A stretch of DNA of 64,000 bases from Lama guanicoe. Lineage: Eukaryota. Of the stretch, positions 24,825 through 38,105 are shown in pieces (positions within the stretch are counted from its first letter, which is position 1; each line of letters starts with the position of its first letter). The notes beneath the pieces were generated by a model. The model had not been told where the DNA came from. It made no database searches and worked only from the letters and a program-made list of their open reading frames with translations. A program made the translations under genes and the position numbers. The stretch spans positions 1,302,001 to 1,366,000 of the forward strand of contig MU053304.1 in assembly GCA_013239625.1 (NCBI GenBank), given 5' to 3'.

Positions 24825-25399
24825 CTGCACAGAAGAGTAAAACCCCTTAGGACATTAGGGTGGAGCCCATGCAGCAGGAAACCCCAGAATGAGAACACGG
24901 GAAGACCTAAGACTGAAGTTAACTCAGGGCACCGTGGTCTGTGTTAGAATGTGTTGACTTGCAGGTTGCTCCAGGCCCTGCATAAAAGTGAAGATATTCA
25001 CACACAGAGGGCAGCTTCATACACCCTGCCGGCACCCTTCTTCCTCCACCATCTTCAGTCTTCCTCCCCCACCTCCTCCTCCCTCTACTTCAATCTACCT
25101 CTCAGTCTACCTCTGACTCTCTACTTGGTTCTGCCTCTTTCTTTCATTCTCATTTTACTTCTTCACTTTCCTCTTTGCTTGGCCCATTTCCCCTAGTTAT
25201 GCCTGTTCCTGCTGATCGTATCTTTTTATACCTTTCTTTATCTTCATGGGTTTCTCTTTCATCTCATCTCATAAACATCTTGACTTTCTGAATTTTTTCC
25301 CTTTTCTTTATCTTCTCCTTTCATACTTTCCTCTCTTGCTTTAGAAATAGTCTCTCAGACATCAATACTCATTATCTATCGTTTCTCTTTTTTTGCATT

Positions 25400-25640
25400 T
25401 TTAACTTTTCATTCTTTTTTATTGACATGTGGTCGGTTTACAATGTGTCAATTTCTGGTGTATAGTATAATGTTTCAGCCATGCATATGCATGTATTTGT
25501 TTTCATATTCTTTTTCATTCGGTTACTACAAGATACTGGATATAGTTCGCTGTACCATATAGTATAAACTTGTTTTTTATCTATTTTATGTATAGTAGTT
25601 AGTATCTGCAAATCTCAAACTCCCAATGTATCCCTTCCCT
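25400..25640 (-). mobile_element. LINE-1 3' end
   Basis: Reverse of the L1 3' UTR seen at 5820 and 46200 (ttacaatgtgtcaatttctggtgta...tatctgcaaatctcaaactccca). Confidence 0.85.
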
Positions 25641-25828
25641 GGCTACTGATATTTTTCTAGTTCCTGAGGTCTCTGTTCTACCAAACTCACTATGTAAGGC
25701 TGTGGCTCCTTCCCCTTCCTGCTTCTGTCCAAGGCCACCTAGACTGACTTGCTGGATGTTGACGACATGCCCCAGCCTCTTGCCCGATTCCTGTGATTCC
25801 TGTTACACATTCTTTCCATCAGACTTAC

Positions 25829-25975
25829 CTATTATGTCAGATGTCTGGTTACATTTGGTGCTTGCTTGGGCTTTCCGTTTAACTTCTGAGTTAAAAAATG
25901 GTTTTTCCTTCTTTATATCCACCAGACAGACAGAACAGGAACTGATTTGGATTCCATGATTGGGTAGCTTTGCTC
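25829..25975 (-). CDS. SP100: SP100 exon with HP1-binding region and SUMO consensus VDIKKE: RAKLPNHGIQISSCSVCLVDIKKEKPFFNSEVKRKAQASTKCNQTSDII
   Basis: atttgacccag|GA ... TAG|gtaagt, 147 nt in frame; matches human NHGIQINSCSVRLVDIKKEKPF. Confidence 0.93.
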
Positions 25976-28599
25976 CTGGGTCAAATGTAATAAACAAAGA
26001 ATTTTCCTTTGTTTCCCCAAAACGGAGCGAGCACTGTTCACTAGCATTAACAAGCCCTACTTCCTGTAATTCCACCGCAGCGGGAATGTGCACCCCCATC
26101 CTCTCCTTTCCTGGTCTTCAACTCTGTCTCTTCCTTTGTGCCTCTCTCCACTCTGAAATTTTATTTTTTTTATTTGTTTTTACTTTTCACCAATTTTCTC
26201 ACCCTTTTTGATAATTTTTTTTTTGCTTTTCAAAAATTAAAATCACAATTGTGGTATAACATAGATAAAAATTTATAAATTATACATTTCGAATTATCAC
26301 AGAATAAGCTTATCTGGGTAACCATAACTTTGGCCAAGCAACAGATTACTAACACTCCAGGAACCTCTTAGTGATGCCCCACTAACTGTCCCCATCAATC
26401 TTGCTCAAGTTAATCACCACTTTAACTTTCAATATTTGATTTTGCCAGTTCAAAATTTATATAAATTTGTATAAATGGAATCATTCACCCTAGTTCTCTT
26501 TCTCTGTCTCTCTGTCTTTTGGCAGAGGGTGGATTTAGTTTCTTTTCTCAACATTATGTGTGTGATAGTCATCTGTACCCATTTTGTATATTTATTCTCA
26601 TTCCTATATAATATTCCATTGTAGAAATTATCCATTAAAAATAAAACCATACAGTATCCATTTGTGCTCATTCAAGCTTTAGACTTCTATTAATAATGTT
26701 ATGATTACGAAGATGAACTTTCTTTTGTAAGTGTTTTGATGAACATAATATACACTTCTGTTGATCTGTTGAGGAATGTAATTGCTAAATCATAGGCTAT
26801 GTTGTATTTTCAACTTTGGAAGAGTATACCAAACTGTTTTCCAAAAGTACATGTAAAGGCAGAAGTATAATTGAGAGAGCCTGGAAAATTCAAGTCACTA
26901 AAGGGAGTTGGTGTAGCAGGAATGTGGTGGGAGGGGGAGAGAGGCAATGATGGGGAACTGTGCAGCTGCATGGCAGGTATCTGCCTAGTATCACACTATA
27001 CAGCACTGACCTCGTGCTGAGGGCCACAAGAAGGTACTGGGTTATAAATAGGAAAAGCACATGAACCAGTCTGAATTTATGAAAGTCCATTCTCTGAAGT
27101 GCAGAGAATGAATCTGAAGGAAGCAAGATAGGAGAGAGGAGGCCAGCAGGATACTGTTCCTCTACATGAAGTGAGAAGAGGTAGGGATCTGGATTAGAGT
27201 GAGCATGCAGAGAATGGAAAAAGAAAAAGACAGGCTGCAGGTATTTTAAAGAATTGACAGAAGTGACAAAAAAAAGTCATGGTTGTTTTAATCCACTGAA
27301 TTTTGGAACTGTTTGTTACATAGCAGTAGATAAGTGATACAGCCTCTAAACAGAGATGTCCATCAGATCTTTGAATAAAGACCTTCAGGTACTTGGAGGA
27401 ATGAATACAGAGATCAAGTCTGGGCTGGAGATGTGTGTTTCAACAGACCATAGATGGTACTGAAACCATGGAGAGCATCAGATGCCGGGGGAGAAGCGTA
27501 TCTTTATCTGAGGGGGTTATGAGACCATTCTGATCACTGCTGACACCTCACCCTTCTCAATGGTATTAGGAACAGACCCCTGTGCCTTCTTTCTAGTGAT
27601 TGTCTCCCCAAATGGGATAATGTCTTGATATCTCTCTTCTCTCTCTGTATTTGGTCCATTCTCTACTGATTTTTCATTCATTGTCCTTTAACTTACTCTT
27701 TGTGGCGCTCTCATCCCCATTTTTCTATCTACTGGTGTTCTTTTCCCTTTGTATCTTCTTCTATTCATCTCTTTTCCTCTACATTTTTTTAACCACTGTC
27801 CCCAGGGCCCAGCAGGGATTCGTGTGAGGCAAAGGAGATGCCCAGGGCACAAGAAGGTGCCAAGAGTGAGATCCTCCTTATATGTGCCCCAGGGTCGCCC
27901 TGCCTCACCCTAGACCTGGCCCTGCTGTGCCCTACCTGCTTTTGCGATATATCCATTCTCTGCTATGTTTCCTACTTTTTTCTAGTCTGTTCCTATTTCT
28001 TAATGATTAATATGACCTGTGTATATGTCCAATATATTAATTTTGTCTTTCTAAGTAGTTTCCTCATCTCAAGCACTCCAGTCATCACCAGAGTTCTCCC
28101 CCTGTGCCATTGTCCACCACACCACGTCCCTCCACCTGCCACTTCCTTTCTAAAGGGTCCTTCCTCTGGGCTTCCTTACTTGCAAATCTGACCTGCAGCA
28201 TCTTGCATGCTTTCCATGTTTCCATTATAACTGCTGAAAAAGAAGTTGCAACTTATCTCTCTTCACCAACTCCACAACATGGCACTGTTTTGATTCTATG
28301 TCAGTTTGTCTAAAATCTATCTCACTCTAGTACTTTACAATTTGGTGCTCTCCAGCACACCTTTTCCTATTCTCCCTCTTTGCATTTTCTTCCCAGGGAT
28401 ATGCCCTTCATTAATGAGCTCATCCTTACTTCTCCCTTGCATTTTATACCTGCTAAAATCAGTCAGAGATTGTGTACAAGGCTGTATGTCTTGGATGGTG
28501 TTAGGATGGGAAAGATGTTAGTATGGGAGAGCAAAGGAAAGCTTTTGCTCCCATAGATAAAGGTGTAATGAGAAAACTGGTAAGGTAAGTAATAATTAC

Positions 28600-28683
28600 T
28601 TTCTTCATCACAGGCCAATGAGCTGGGCGTCTCCTTTCCTGCATCTCCATTATTTGATTGGACAGGTACTTGTTCATAAGACT
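28600..28683 (-). CDS. SP100: SP100 exon: ESYEQVPVQSNNGDAGKETPSSLACDEE
   Basis: ttttatcctcag|AG ... AAA|gtaatt, 84 nt; matches human ESCEQIAVQVNNGDAGREMPCPLPCDEE. Confidence 0.93.
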
Positions 28684-29131
28684 CTGAGGATAAAAAAAAG
28701 ATCACAGCTGACCTCAAACAGAGACTTGCTTTGCCCCATTTCCATTTCCTTGCATGTCACTTGACTTCTCTCTTCTCCTTATGTTTCTACATATAGTCTC
28801 TCTGCATAAATTGCCACCTTCACCCTATGAAAGCGTAATGCTTCATTGATTCTGGAGCCAGTCTCCCCCTGACTTCTTCTGGCTTTTGTTTCTGTCTCTC
28901 TTCCCCGATGAGGCTCTGCAACACTTCACCTTCTTAGTTTTTCCGTTCTCCCTTTCTTCCTCCAGTTCTCTCCCTTCAACGTATCAGGCTCCATTCCTGT
29001 CCTCTGTGTGTCTGTGTGATTTCCCCATGCTTTGTTAATAGATGTCTCCTTGAGCTGTGCATTACTTTATTCCCTACTACCAGTCAGGACCTCTTGGCCC
29101 CTCCACACTCATCAAACGCAGCCAGTCTTAC

Positions 29132-29281
29132 CTGCTGGTTCAGACTCCTGGGCACATTGTTCATTTGCTTGCTGGCTTTCTAGTGCATCATTTTGGTCGC
29201 TGGTTGTATCTTTCCTCTTTGCATTTATCTGTGCTGTTCCACGGAGGTGCTCCAAGAATCCATTTTCAGATGGAGTTGTAC
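29132..29281 (-). CDS. SP100: SP100 exon: GTTPSENGFLEHLRGTAQINAKRKDTTSDQNDALESQQANEQCAQESEPA
   Basis: gtggtttag|GT ... CAG|gtaaga, 150 nt; matches human GTTPPENGLSEHPCETEQINAKRKDTTSD. Confidence 0.94.
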
Positions 29282-29324
29282 CTAAACCACGTAGTGATTC
29301 ACAGATAATTTATTTACCTCTTGC

Positions 29325-29825
29325 GACAGTCAGGGTCCAATAGGAAAATACAAATCACTCTAAGCTTTTAAAGCATCGGGAATTTAACCCAGGAGACTGG
29401 TTACACAGTTGATGGGAGAGCAGAGAAATTCAAATGGGACAATGCGGCAACCTAAAGAATAATCACCAGAAAGCTATGGGAGGGACTGAGAGTGAGCCCA
29501 GAGACTGGGGCTCTGGGTAGCTAAAAGCTGGACCATGGCTGACCTGCTTGGTGGACGGTGGAGCCATGGCTGGGATGCTGCTACTGCCAGAATTGCTGCT
29601 GAAAGTGGTGATGGGGAAATACCTGGCTTCTCCCTTACCCTCACTCTCTTGTTAATGTCTCCCACGTTAGGAATCCAGCAGGCAGCCAGCAGCAAAGAAG
29701 CCTGCAAGCAAGTCTGCAGATGCCAGTGGCTGGAGATAGAGGGCAGAGCAGAGCAGAGGAGGGTAAGGAATGAATCTCTGGACAACCACCCTGGACCAAC
29801 ACACACTCAGTTCCCTTATGGCAAA
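29325..29825. mobile_element. MLT1-like MaLR LTR
   Basis: agtcagggtccaataggaaaa...gggaatttaa...ggttacacag start typical of old MLT1 LTRs; boundaries approximate. Confidence 0.55.
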
Positions 29826-30128
29826 CCTCCTCTGCTCATTATGGATTCCATCGACCCATCCCACTCTGTTCCCAGTAGCCTCAATAATGTATGAATACAT
29901 AACTATATTTTCAGTGCAGTTTCAATTTTTTTCATTTATTGCTATTTTTCTAAACAAAGTTATTTATATAAAGCATGATTTTAAAATTCTTTCTCCAGGT
30001 TTTAATATAGAATGTGGGCTCTGGTGCATGTTTTGTGCCACATCTTCAGCACCTCGGAGCCTCCCCTTGGGCTGTTGGGCATGAGACAGAGTTCTTCCCT
30101 CGCCTGTGTACGTCACAGCCTGCTGTCC

Positions 30129-30266
30129 TTGCTGGGTCGGACTCTTGGACACACTTATTGATGGTTGGTGTGCATCATTTGACTTGTAAGTGGAAGTTTC
30201 TCTGTTAATATTAATTTTTCCCTATCACTGAGATGCTCTGGGTTTCATTTTCTGGCAGGGTTGCCC
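30129..30266 (-). pseudogene. Dead paralogous copy of the 150-nt GTTP exon (pseudoexon)
   Basis: Aligns by eye to 29132-29281 (GATLPEN..EHL..CVQESDPA vs GTTPSEN..EHL..CAQESEPA); acceptor is tgg instead of tag, no GT donor, frameshifts. Confidence 0.8.
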
Positions 30267-30702
30267 CCAGATCACACTGTGAGCTTTAAAGTATTTCATT
30301 GCCTCCTCCCTTTACACCCTTCACACACACACACACACACACACAGAATCACTTCTCTTCTGCCCATTGCTAGTCACAATTCCATCCCCTCACCCCTTCC
30401 TGTTCTCATCAGCAGTACCAATAGATGAATGGCTAATATGTATTCATGCATTTTGAGGGGTATTTTTAAATGTTAACTTTTTGAATAAATGTGATTTGTT
30501 AAAAGTATAACTGTGTTTTCAAAAACCACTCTGAAAACTTTTTGTTTTATAAAAGTGTATTACTAATTTAGAACAACCTTTCTTAAATAACACATCCCAA
30601 ATGGAAGCTACATAAGAAGCTTTCACAGTATGGGAAGTTCCCTGAGACTCTATGTTACTCACTTCCTAAGGAGAGTCATGGAAGAAAGACATAAAATTTA
30701 TT

Positions 30703-30738
30703 TTAAAAGAAAATTTTGGGAGGGAGAGGTAATTAGAT

Positions 30739-30789
<51 letters not shown>

Positions 30790-30868
30790 ATGGAGGTACT
30801 GGGGATTGAAACCAGGACCTCGTGCATGCTAAGCACACACTCTACCACTGGGCTATACCCTTCACCCC
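30703..30868 (-). mobile_element. Camelid Vic-type tRNA-derived SINE with internal (TATC)n
   Basis: Minus strand reads GGGTATAGCCCAGTGGTAGAG (A box)...GGTTTCAATCCCCAGTACCTCC (B box); TSD aagacataaaa(t/c)tta. Confidence 0.85.
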
Positions 30869-32155
30869 AAGACATAAAACTTATTATAGAATGGTGTGCT
30901 CTAAGTATGTGGAAAATGTAGCCCTTAATTTAACTTCCTGGGCCAGAAGTTGGTATTGCTTTTATCACAGCTATTCCAGACTAGGGAATCAGTAAATCCA
31001 ATGGACATCTGTGACAGAAGAAAATCCCAAAGTTTACTGCAATGACTAAAAGCTTAGACTGTGGCACCAGATATAAACAATGATAATTAAGTGTAGTAAT
31101 AATAACGAATGCATGGAACGCTGATGAAGCCCCAGGCACGACTGTGAATGCTTTACATGATATGACCTATTTAAAATCCACCACCCTCTGAAGTAGGTAA
31201 TATTATTATGCCCATTTTATAGATGGTGAAACCAAGGGACCAATAAGGGAAGTCACTTCCCCAAGATAACAGTGCAGAATTTGAAGCCAGGCCATGGGCA
31301 TCAGAATTCCTGCTCTGACACTAACCCCAGCAGAATTCAATCCCAAGTCTCAGTTGGGTGAATTTGTACAAATAACCAAACTCTCTAAACTGACTCATTC
31401 TATTCTGAAAAACAGGGATCATCTATACCTCATTTTCAGGGTTTGAGGAAGGTTAAATGAGCTGTTGGCTGCATCGCTATATGAGATACCATGATCAGAA
31501 AAAAAATCATTATGATTAATGTTTTAAATTAATAATATTTAAATAATAACATTATTAAGAGTGTTATGCATTAAGGGAGGTTTAACGGACTGTTATGCAT
31601 CAAGAGTTTTAAAAAGTGGTTATTGGTTACTACATTACCAAAGGGGTTTGTTTTTTGGAGGCCTGTCTGGTGTTTGGAGGGCAGCTCCTGGTCTCTGCCT
31701 CAGGGATGTTGGGAGAGGGTTTGCATGGGAGGCAAATAGTGTCCATGATCCTGCGTGAAGGACACAATGGGGGAGGTACCCCCACCCCCCAGGAATGCTC
31801 ATCACCTGTATTCCCCTGCCACTCTCCCTGCAGCACTGGCCACTGTTGGACATGAGTCAGAGCACCATGGTTGAGGCCAAATCAAGCAAGACAGAGAAGA
31901 AAACTGTGAAGCCACCTATACGGGCAAAATGTCCAAGCCCTTCAGGAATTAGCAGCAAGTGCATTTAAGGAGTACAGAAGGAGCGACCGTTGCAGGCAAT
32001 TCACAGCACTAAGACTCTTATCTAAACTCTTGGAAAAACTGCAGATACAAAGATTGACAATTTTTTGATACAAAGATGTATTCCCACCCCCCAGCACATT
32101 CCAGAATGGGACACAAATAGCAAAGGATCACAGAATAGAGTCAATGGGAACAAAC

Positions 32156-32218
32156 CATCATAAGATGAGGACTCTCTGCATGACCAAATCAGACTTTGAT
32201 ATGAGCTTTCACCAGATC
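32156..32218 (-). CDS. SP100: SP100 exon: GSGESSYQSLIWSCRESSSYD
   Basis: cttccccctag|GA ... ATG|gtttgt, 63 nt, phase 1-1; matches human GTGENSFRSLTWPPSGSPSHA. Confidence 0.9.
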
Positions 32219-33539
32219 CTAGGGGGAAGAAAGTAGAAATCTATTTCAGAAATTGAAGTATGGACTGTGCCATCCTCCCCTAATCTCTTTTTTATAAACA
32301 AGAAGCTTAAGACCCCTTGATGATATCAATACAGAGACCATCTGGACCTGGTGGATCTCATCCAATGCTCGCAGTCAGACCTCGGCCCCCAGAGTGGAAG
32401 ACTCGGGTCAGCTGCATCCCTGGCTGAAAGCACTTCGGCCTGGCCATCTCGCTGCATGTCCTCCACGAGCCATTCAGTAACTAGTGAAGGTTTCTCTTGA
32501 CTCCCACAAACAGTGAATCTGCCTTTGTCCTCAGAGCTGCCTCTGACTGGCAGCCTTATCTTAGCTCCTGCAAAGCCCTGATGACTCTTCCCCACCCTTC
32601 TTCCTCCACCCTCTCCCTGTATTCATCTTTAATTTGTGTTGTTGGCTTTCCATGAGGATTTAGTGTCTGATTCTCCTCCACTTCCTTCAGCTCTTGACAT
32701 TCTTTTCTCTGTATCTTTCTCTCTGCATATATTTCCTTACTTTTGTTTCATGTTTCTGTCTTTCCTACTGGGTTACCAGGTAGTATCCAGAGCTGCAAAC
32801 ACAGGCTCTGGGTTTAAAATGCCTGGTTCATCCTTACTTGTTTGGCCTTCAGGCCAACTGCATACCCGGTCTCTATAGATTTCAGCTTCCTTATCGGTAA
32901 AATGGACACGTAAGTGATAATACTGTCCAATGGCACTAAACCCACAACTGTCGGACGACATGTCCAATTAGGTGAGCCGTTAATAACTTGGCTGTTTTGA
33001 TTGTGTCCCTTACCCACTCTCCTCCTTCATTTCTTCTTTTTCTTCCTCTCTCTCTCAAAGTACCCACATCCTCTTCTCCATGTCTCTACTGCTTCCTCAC
33101 CTCTGCATCTATATGACTGCTTTTCTCCTTGAATATTCCTACCCTTGAACAACAACCCCCACATTTAAATCAGTCCCTTCTTCTGCCATCATCAAGCATC
33201 TCCTCTTCGATGTTGACTTTGGGCCCATAGTCCTTGGCCTTCACACCTTCACACTGATCTCCTACAGGGATCTTTCTAAATCACAATTACTTCCAGGTCG
33301 TCATTCTATTTAAACCTGGTTACTGATACCCTAGGTTCCTCTTGCTGTGTTTCGGTTTGGGGCCAACAGTCTCTTGTCACAGCTAGTCCTCCAGGATACA
33401 AACACCCCTCCCTGTCTTCTCCATGGCCCTTCAGCATTTCTTCCCTGATTCTCAATCTTTGCTCAGAACGAGGGCCCCACCTCCCCTTCTCCTTTTCCTC
33501 ATAGCAGATGAGAATCGGTTTGTACTTGGTCTCAATCAC

Positions 33540-33623
33540 CTTGCTCAAGTCTCAGTTGGATATTAGGCCTCTCCTGCCTCTCTTCTTGGTCACTTCCTTC
33601 ACAATTAAGTTTCTCTTGAATCA
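33540..33623 (-). CDS. SP100: SP100 exon: VIQEKLNCEGSDQEERQERPNIQLRLEQ
   Basis: ctctctccttcag|TG ... AAG|gtgatt, 84 nt, phase 1-1; matches human VIHDKLPLQESEEEEREERSGLQLSLEQ. Confidence 0.92.
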
Positions 33624-35440
33624 CTGAAGGAGAGAGAGAAGAGGACATTTAGAAATCTCCACCAGGGACCCAGGACATCATCTCAAAATTACACATTTAG
33701 GAATTTCCAGCTCTCAGGTCCACTCAGAGCTCAGTGGGTCCCAGTCTTTATGGTAATGTTCCCCCATCATCCTCGAACAGAAAGAGAAACCCCAACAAGG
33801 GAGCTGCTATGCTCCCCACACAGAAAGGAGCCACTCGAATGCAAGAATAAAGGAGTCATGGAAACATCCTGAGCCTGTTGGTCATATAAAATAAACTTCA
33901 CATGGCTGGGAAAATACATGTCAAAATGAAAAATGAAAGTGAAGTGTATTTACTGAACTGTTCAAACTATAAGGAAAAAACAGAGATTTCCTCTAGAGAG
34001 GGGCTGGATCCCAGGGAGATCTGTGTGTATAAAAAGAGGAAGTCCAAGAGCTTTAAAGACGAGACTAGACAAGAGAAAGGCTGGGCTTAATGGTGTTGGG
34101 GAGGATGAGCAGCTCTGGAAGAGAAAAACAAGAGGTGGGGGGAGAAAGCCCCCATAGGGGTCCAGATCCCACACAGGACTCTGAAGCTGCAAGAGGGAGT
34201 GCAGGATGTCCCCACGACTCCTGGACCAGGATCTGGGAGGCCACCAAGGAGGGGAGGCCAGGACACCAGCCCAGGACCCCTGCATGTAGGTAACTCAGCA
34301 AATGTAGGAGGAAGGAAATGAACCAGGGAGCCTGGGGAATGGGTCCCTGCTGAGACTCTGGGAAGGAGACACTGGGAGGTGGTGGGGCCTGGGTGCTGAT
34401 GGCAGGAGTACCTCCTAAGACAATGCCTACTAGGGGGTGAGATGGACAGGACTTTGGGAGCCACAGGGGCTTTGTCTTCCTCAGCACATGGTTTCAAATC
34501 CCAGCAAAATCAAGTGGAAGGTACAAGGAGAACACAGGGCCCAAAGTCCAGAAAATATGAAGGAGGCCCGTGCGCAGGTGTTCTGATGGGGGTGGGGGAC
34601 TTCAGCACATGAGATGGAGGTCGGGACCAGGCACTATGAGACCTGTCGCATCCTGGCCACAGTCCCCAGCCTTTCTGCTTTGGTCTCTGACCTGCAGCTC
34701 CCTTGGACAGCAGCAGAGACCTCCCCGCCTCCTAGGGGCAGGTGGGTGGCAGCAAGTATAGACTTGGGTCACCCCAGCACGAGTCAGCCTGGGAACTAAC
34801 ATATGTGATGTTGACACTGGATCTGGGAAGGGGATCCCCTGCAGCCTGTGGAGACAACCAGAGCCCCTGAGATGTGGCCAGGAAAGGTAACTGGCATTCC
34901 CTTTGTTCCCATGACCTGGGGACATACTGGTTACAAATATAATACTGGCTTGAAATTTGTGACTGAGTGTTAGACTTCCTATATATCTATTTTGACTTGA
35001 ATGATTTGCTGTAGAAATTACTTTGTTCTAATTAGAAAACATTACTATTGACACAAATCAACAAGCCACGTGCTTTATATCTCCTTTTAAATGTTTTTCC
35101 TTGCTTATAAACCCATTAGTGTCTCTTTTTACCTAGTAGTTCAAATTGCTTATTTTATATGCTAGACTTTCCAAAATCTTGCTCAGATGCATCTCTCTTG
35201 AATCAGCTCCACCGTCTGCTTCTCACACTTTGATTGAGGGAAATGAATTTGTCCTTGTTTTGAAGACAAACTAGAGCCTTTCACACTCTAGGCCATAATC
35301 CCATAGCATCCACCCCGCCTCGGGACACGTGAGCATTTCTCTGGTGATGTCTCTATCCCTTATTTGGAGAACTTCATTGACACCAAATTGTGTTGGAATA
35401 AGATATTTTCTAAACAAGTTTATATACATATTTGTACATA

Positions 35441-35478
<38 letters not shown>
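35441..35478. repeat. (TG)n(TA)n microsatellite
   Basis: Direct observation. Confidence 0.9.
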
Positions 35479-35479
<1 letters not shown>

Positions 35480-36214
35480 CTACACATTTCTCAACTGTGT
35501 ATAGTTTAGAAAGTATAAATTATGCCTTCCCAGGAAAAAATCATGAATCAAAGATTTAGTTTAATACAACAACAAAAATAGTCCCTGGAAGACAATGTCT
35601 TTTGTGATTATTTGAGTAATGTTTCATCCCTTGTGGAGAACATGTTAATAAAACCATTTTTCCTTTAAGGGCAAATTTGATATTGGATTAATTTTCTTGC
35701 TCATTATTCCGGAAATTTGATGAAAGTGGCCTTTCTTCTGTGTTACTAGGCCAACCCTGGGATTAGGGCTAAAAATGACCTGTGACTGGTAAATTGCATG
35801 TGGGCTGGGAGGGAATACCGATGGACTATACTTGGGTCTTCCTTCAATGTGGTGATTCTTGTAACTCAGCTTGTCCCTCTAGGGGTCCCTGAAAGTTAAG
35901 CCTACTGCAAGGGATCTCACAAAAGTGGAGCAACTGATGCTGCCCTGTTGGGATGCTGGGCTTTCTGTCATTTGTTTTTCTGTCTAAATTGGATGCCATG
36001 GTGGCTCTGTTGTCCCTTGAGTCTTGAATGGCTAATTAAGCAGATCTCCAGGTGGGTACTGCACCATAAGCTTTGAGAAGGGTCACGGTTATGTGTGTTT
36101 TGTTAACTGTTATATCCCAAATTCCCAGCACCATGTGTGTTATGTGGTAGGAGCTCAATACATGCTTGCTGAAAAAAACTGGCCCTGGACATCAAAAGGT
36201 AGATAATAAAGCTA

Positions 36215-36433
<219 letters not shown>

Positions 36434-37455
36434 TTACAGAAGGGCCCTAGAAATAGACTTCGTGGTTAATGTACTCCATTTTCCCTATATAGGTATCTCC
36501 TCATGTAAAGGTTTAGAATTTCCATATTTGTAGGGCTACTAAGTGAAACAAGTAAATACTTCCCCCTTTAAAAACATTCATTTGTGAATCCAATCTCCTC
36601 ACTCTCATATTAATGAGATTTAAGAAGAAGCAATTTTGAAGAATAAAAGTCGGTTCAAAGTTAATTAATGTGTAGCCCTCTAAAAGCCTGGTCAAATGTT
36701 TTAGGAATAGACTTAGCAGGTGATGAGCAGCTGTTCTGTTGACTGGACAGCCTCTTCACCAAGACTGACTTGGCCTGGAAGGGCTCAAGGAAGGCAGGTG
36801 ACATCTCTCCCTTTTCATGGACTTGGCTATTGAGAAAGCATATTCATAGGACAAGGAGAAGACTTACATCTCTGTCTCTCCAGCAACACCTATGGCTGAA
36901 ATTAACCCAAATTCCAAGACTCCAGAAATAGCATAAACAAACAAACAAACAAACAAACAAATAAAACCCCCCTGAAAACTACTGGAGAAAGAATAACAAG
37001 CATCTACTCCTAAATCTGTCCTAATAACGTATCAGTTCCCTGTGGGCTTTAATGTCCTCAGATCTAACAATTTAAACCGATTTTCACTGAAAAGAAATGC
37101 TGTGTTATTATTATTTCATGGAACCATCTCACTTAAATTATTCATCAATTCATTAAAATTGCTTTTAATTCTTAGTTTATGCTATATTGTATGCGTCCCT
37201 GCAGGGAATTATGCATCTGCGGAGCACACTTGCTTCAGATCCAGCCTATCTTCGTGCTGCCAGTGGTCGCCATCAGCACCATCTCTTCAGTTAGCAGGAC
37301 TGTCTCCAATGATACCTGCTTCTCCCCCCCGCCACCTCCCCTTCTACTTTACAACAATACTTGAACATTTGCAACAACACTTGAAAAGGTCTTCTACTCA
37401 CAGGTGACTCCTTAGTTAATGAGTTGTGCCCATAATGTGGTTTGGAACTGGTTTA

Positions 37456-37710
<255 letters not shown>

Positions 37711-37856
37711 TCACATTATATATATAAAGGACAGGCTATGAAGAACCAACATATATAAAGTAAGTGGTTTCAGTAGAGACCAGGATAATTTGAATTGAAG
37801 CAACAAAGATATAATTGAAGAAAATGTGGAGGACTTACCTGGTTTTAAGGGCAAAG

Positions 37857-38105
37857 TTTTTATTTTTTAATTTTTTAATTGAAGTATAGTTGATTAACAA
37901 TGTGTTAAATTCTGGTGTACAGCACAGTGATTCATTTATACACATATATATTCTTTTTCATATTCTTTTTCATTATAGGCCATTACAAGGTATTGAATAT
38001 AGTTCCCTGTGCTGTACAGCAGATCTTGTTGTTTAATCTATTTTTGTATAGTAGTCAGAGTCTATGAATCCTGAGCTCCCAATTTAACCCTCCCTATCCC
38101 CTTTC
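37857..38105 (-). mobile_element. LINE-1 3' end
   Basis: ttttaattgaagtatagttgatt...atagttccctgtgctgtacag. Confidence 0.85.

Noticed and set aside
25976..25990. ORF continues upstream (DPG) as if the acceptor were non-canonical TG
   Set aside because: A canonical cccag| 6 nt downstream gives an in-frame 147-nt exon
30790..30868. tRNA-like sequence with A and B boxes (also 50325-50396)
   Set aside because: SINE heads with tails and TSDs, not tRNA genes
34570..34925. GC-richer patch with overlapping ORFs and a ctccacag acceptor
   Set aside because: No recognisable homology or convincing in-frame donor
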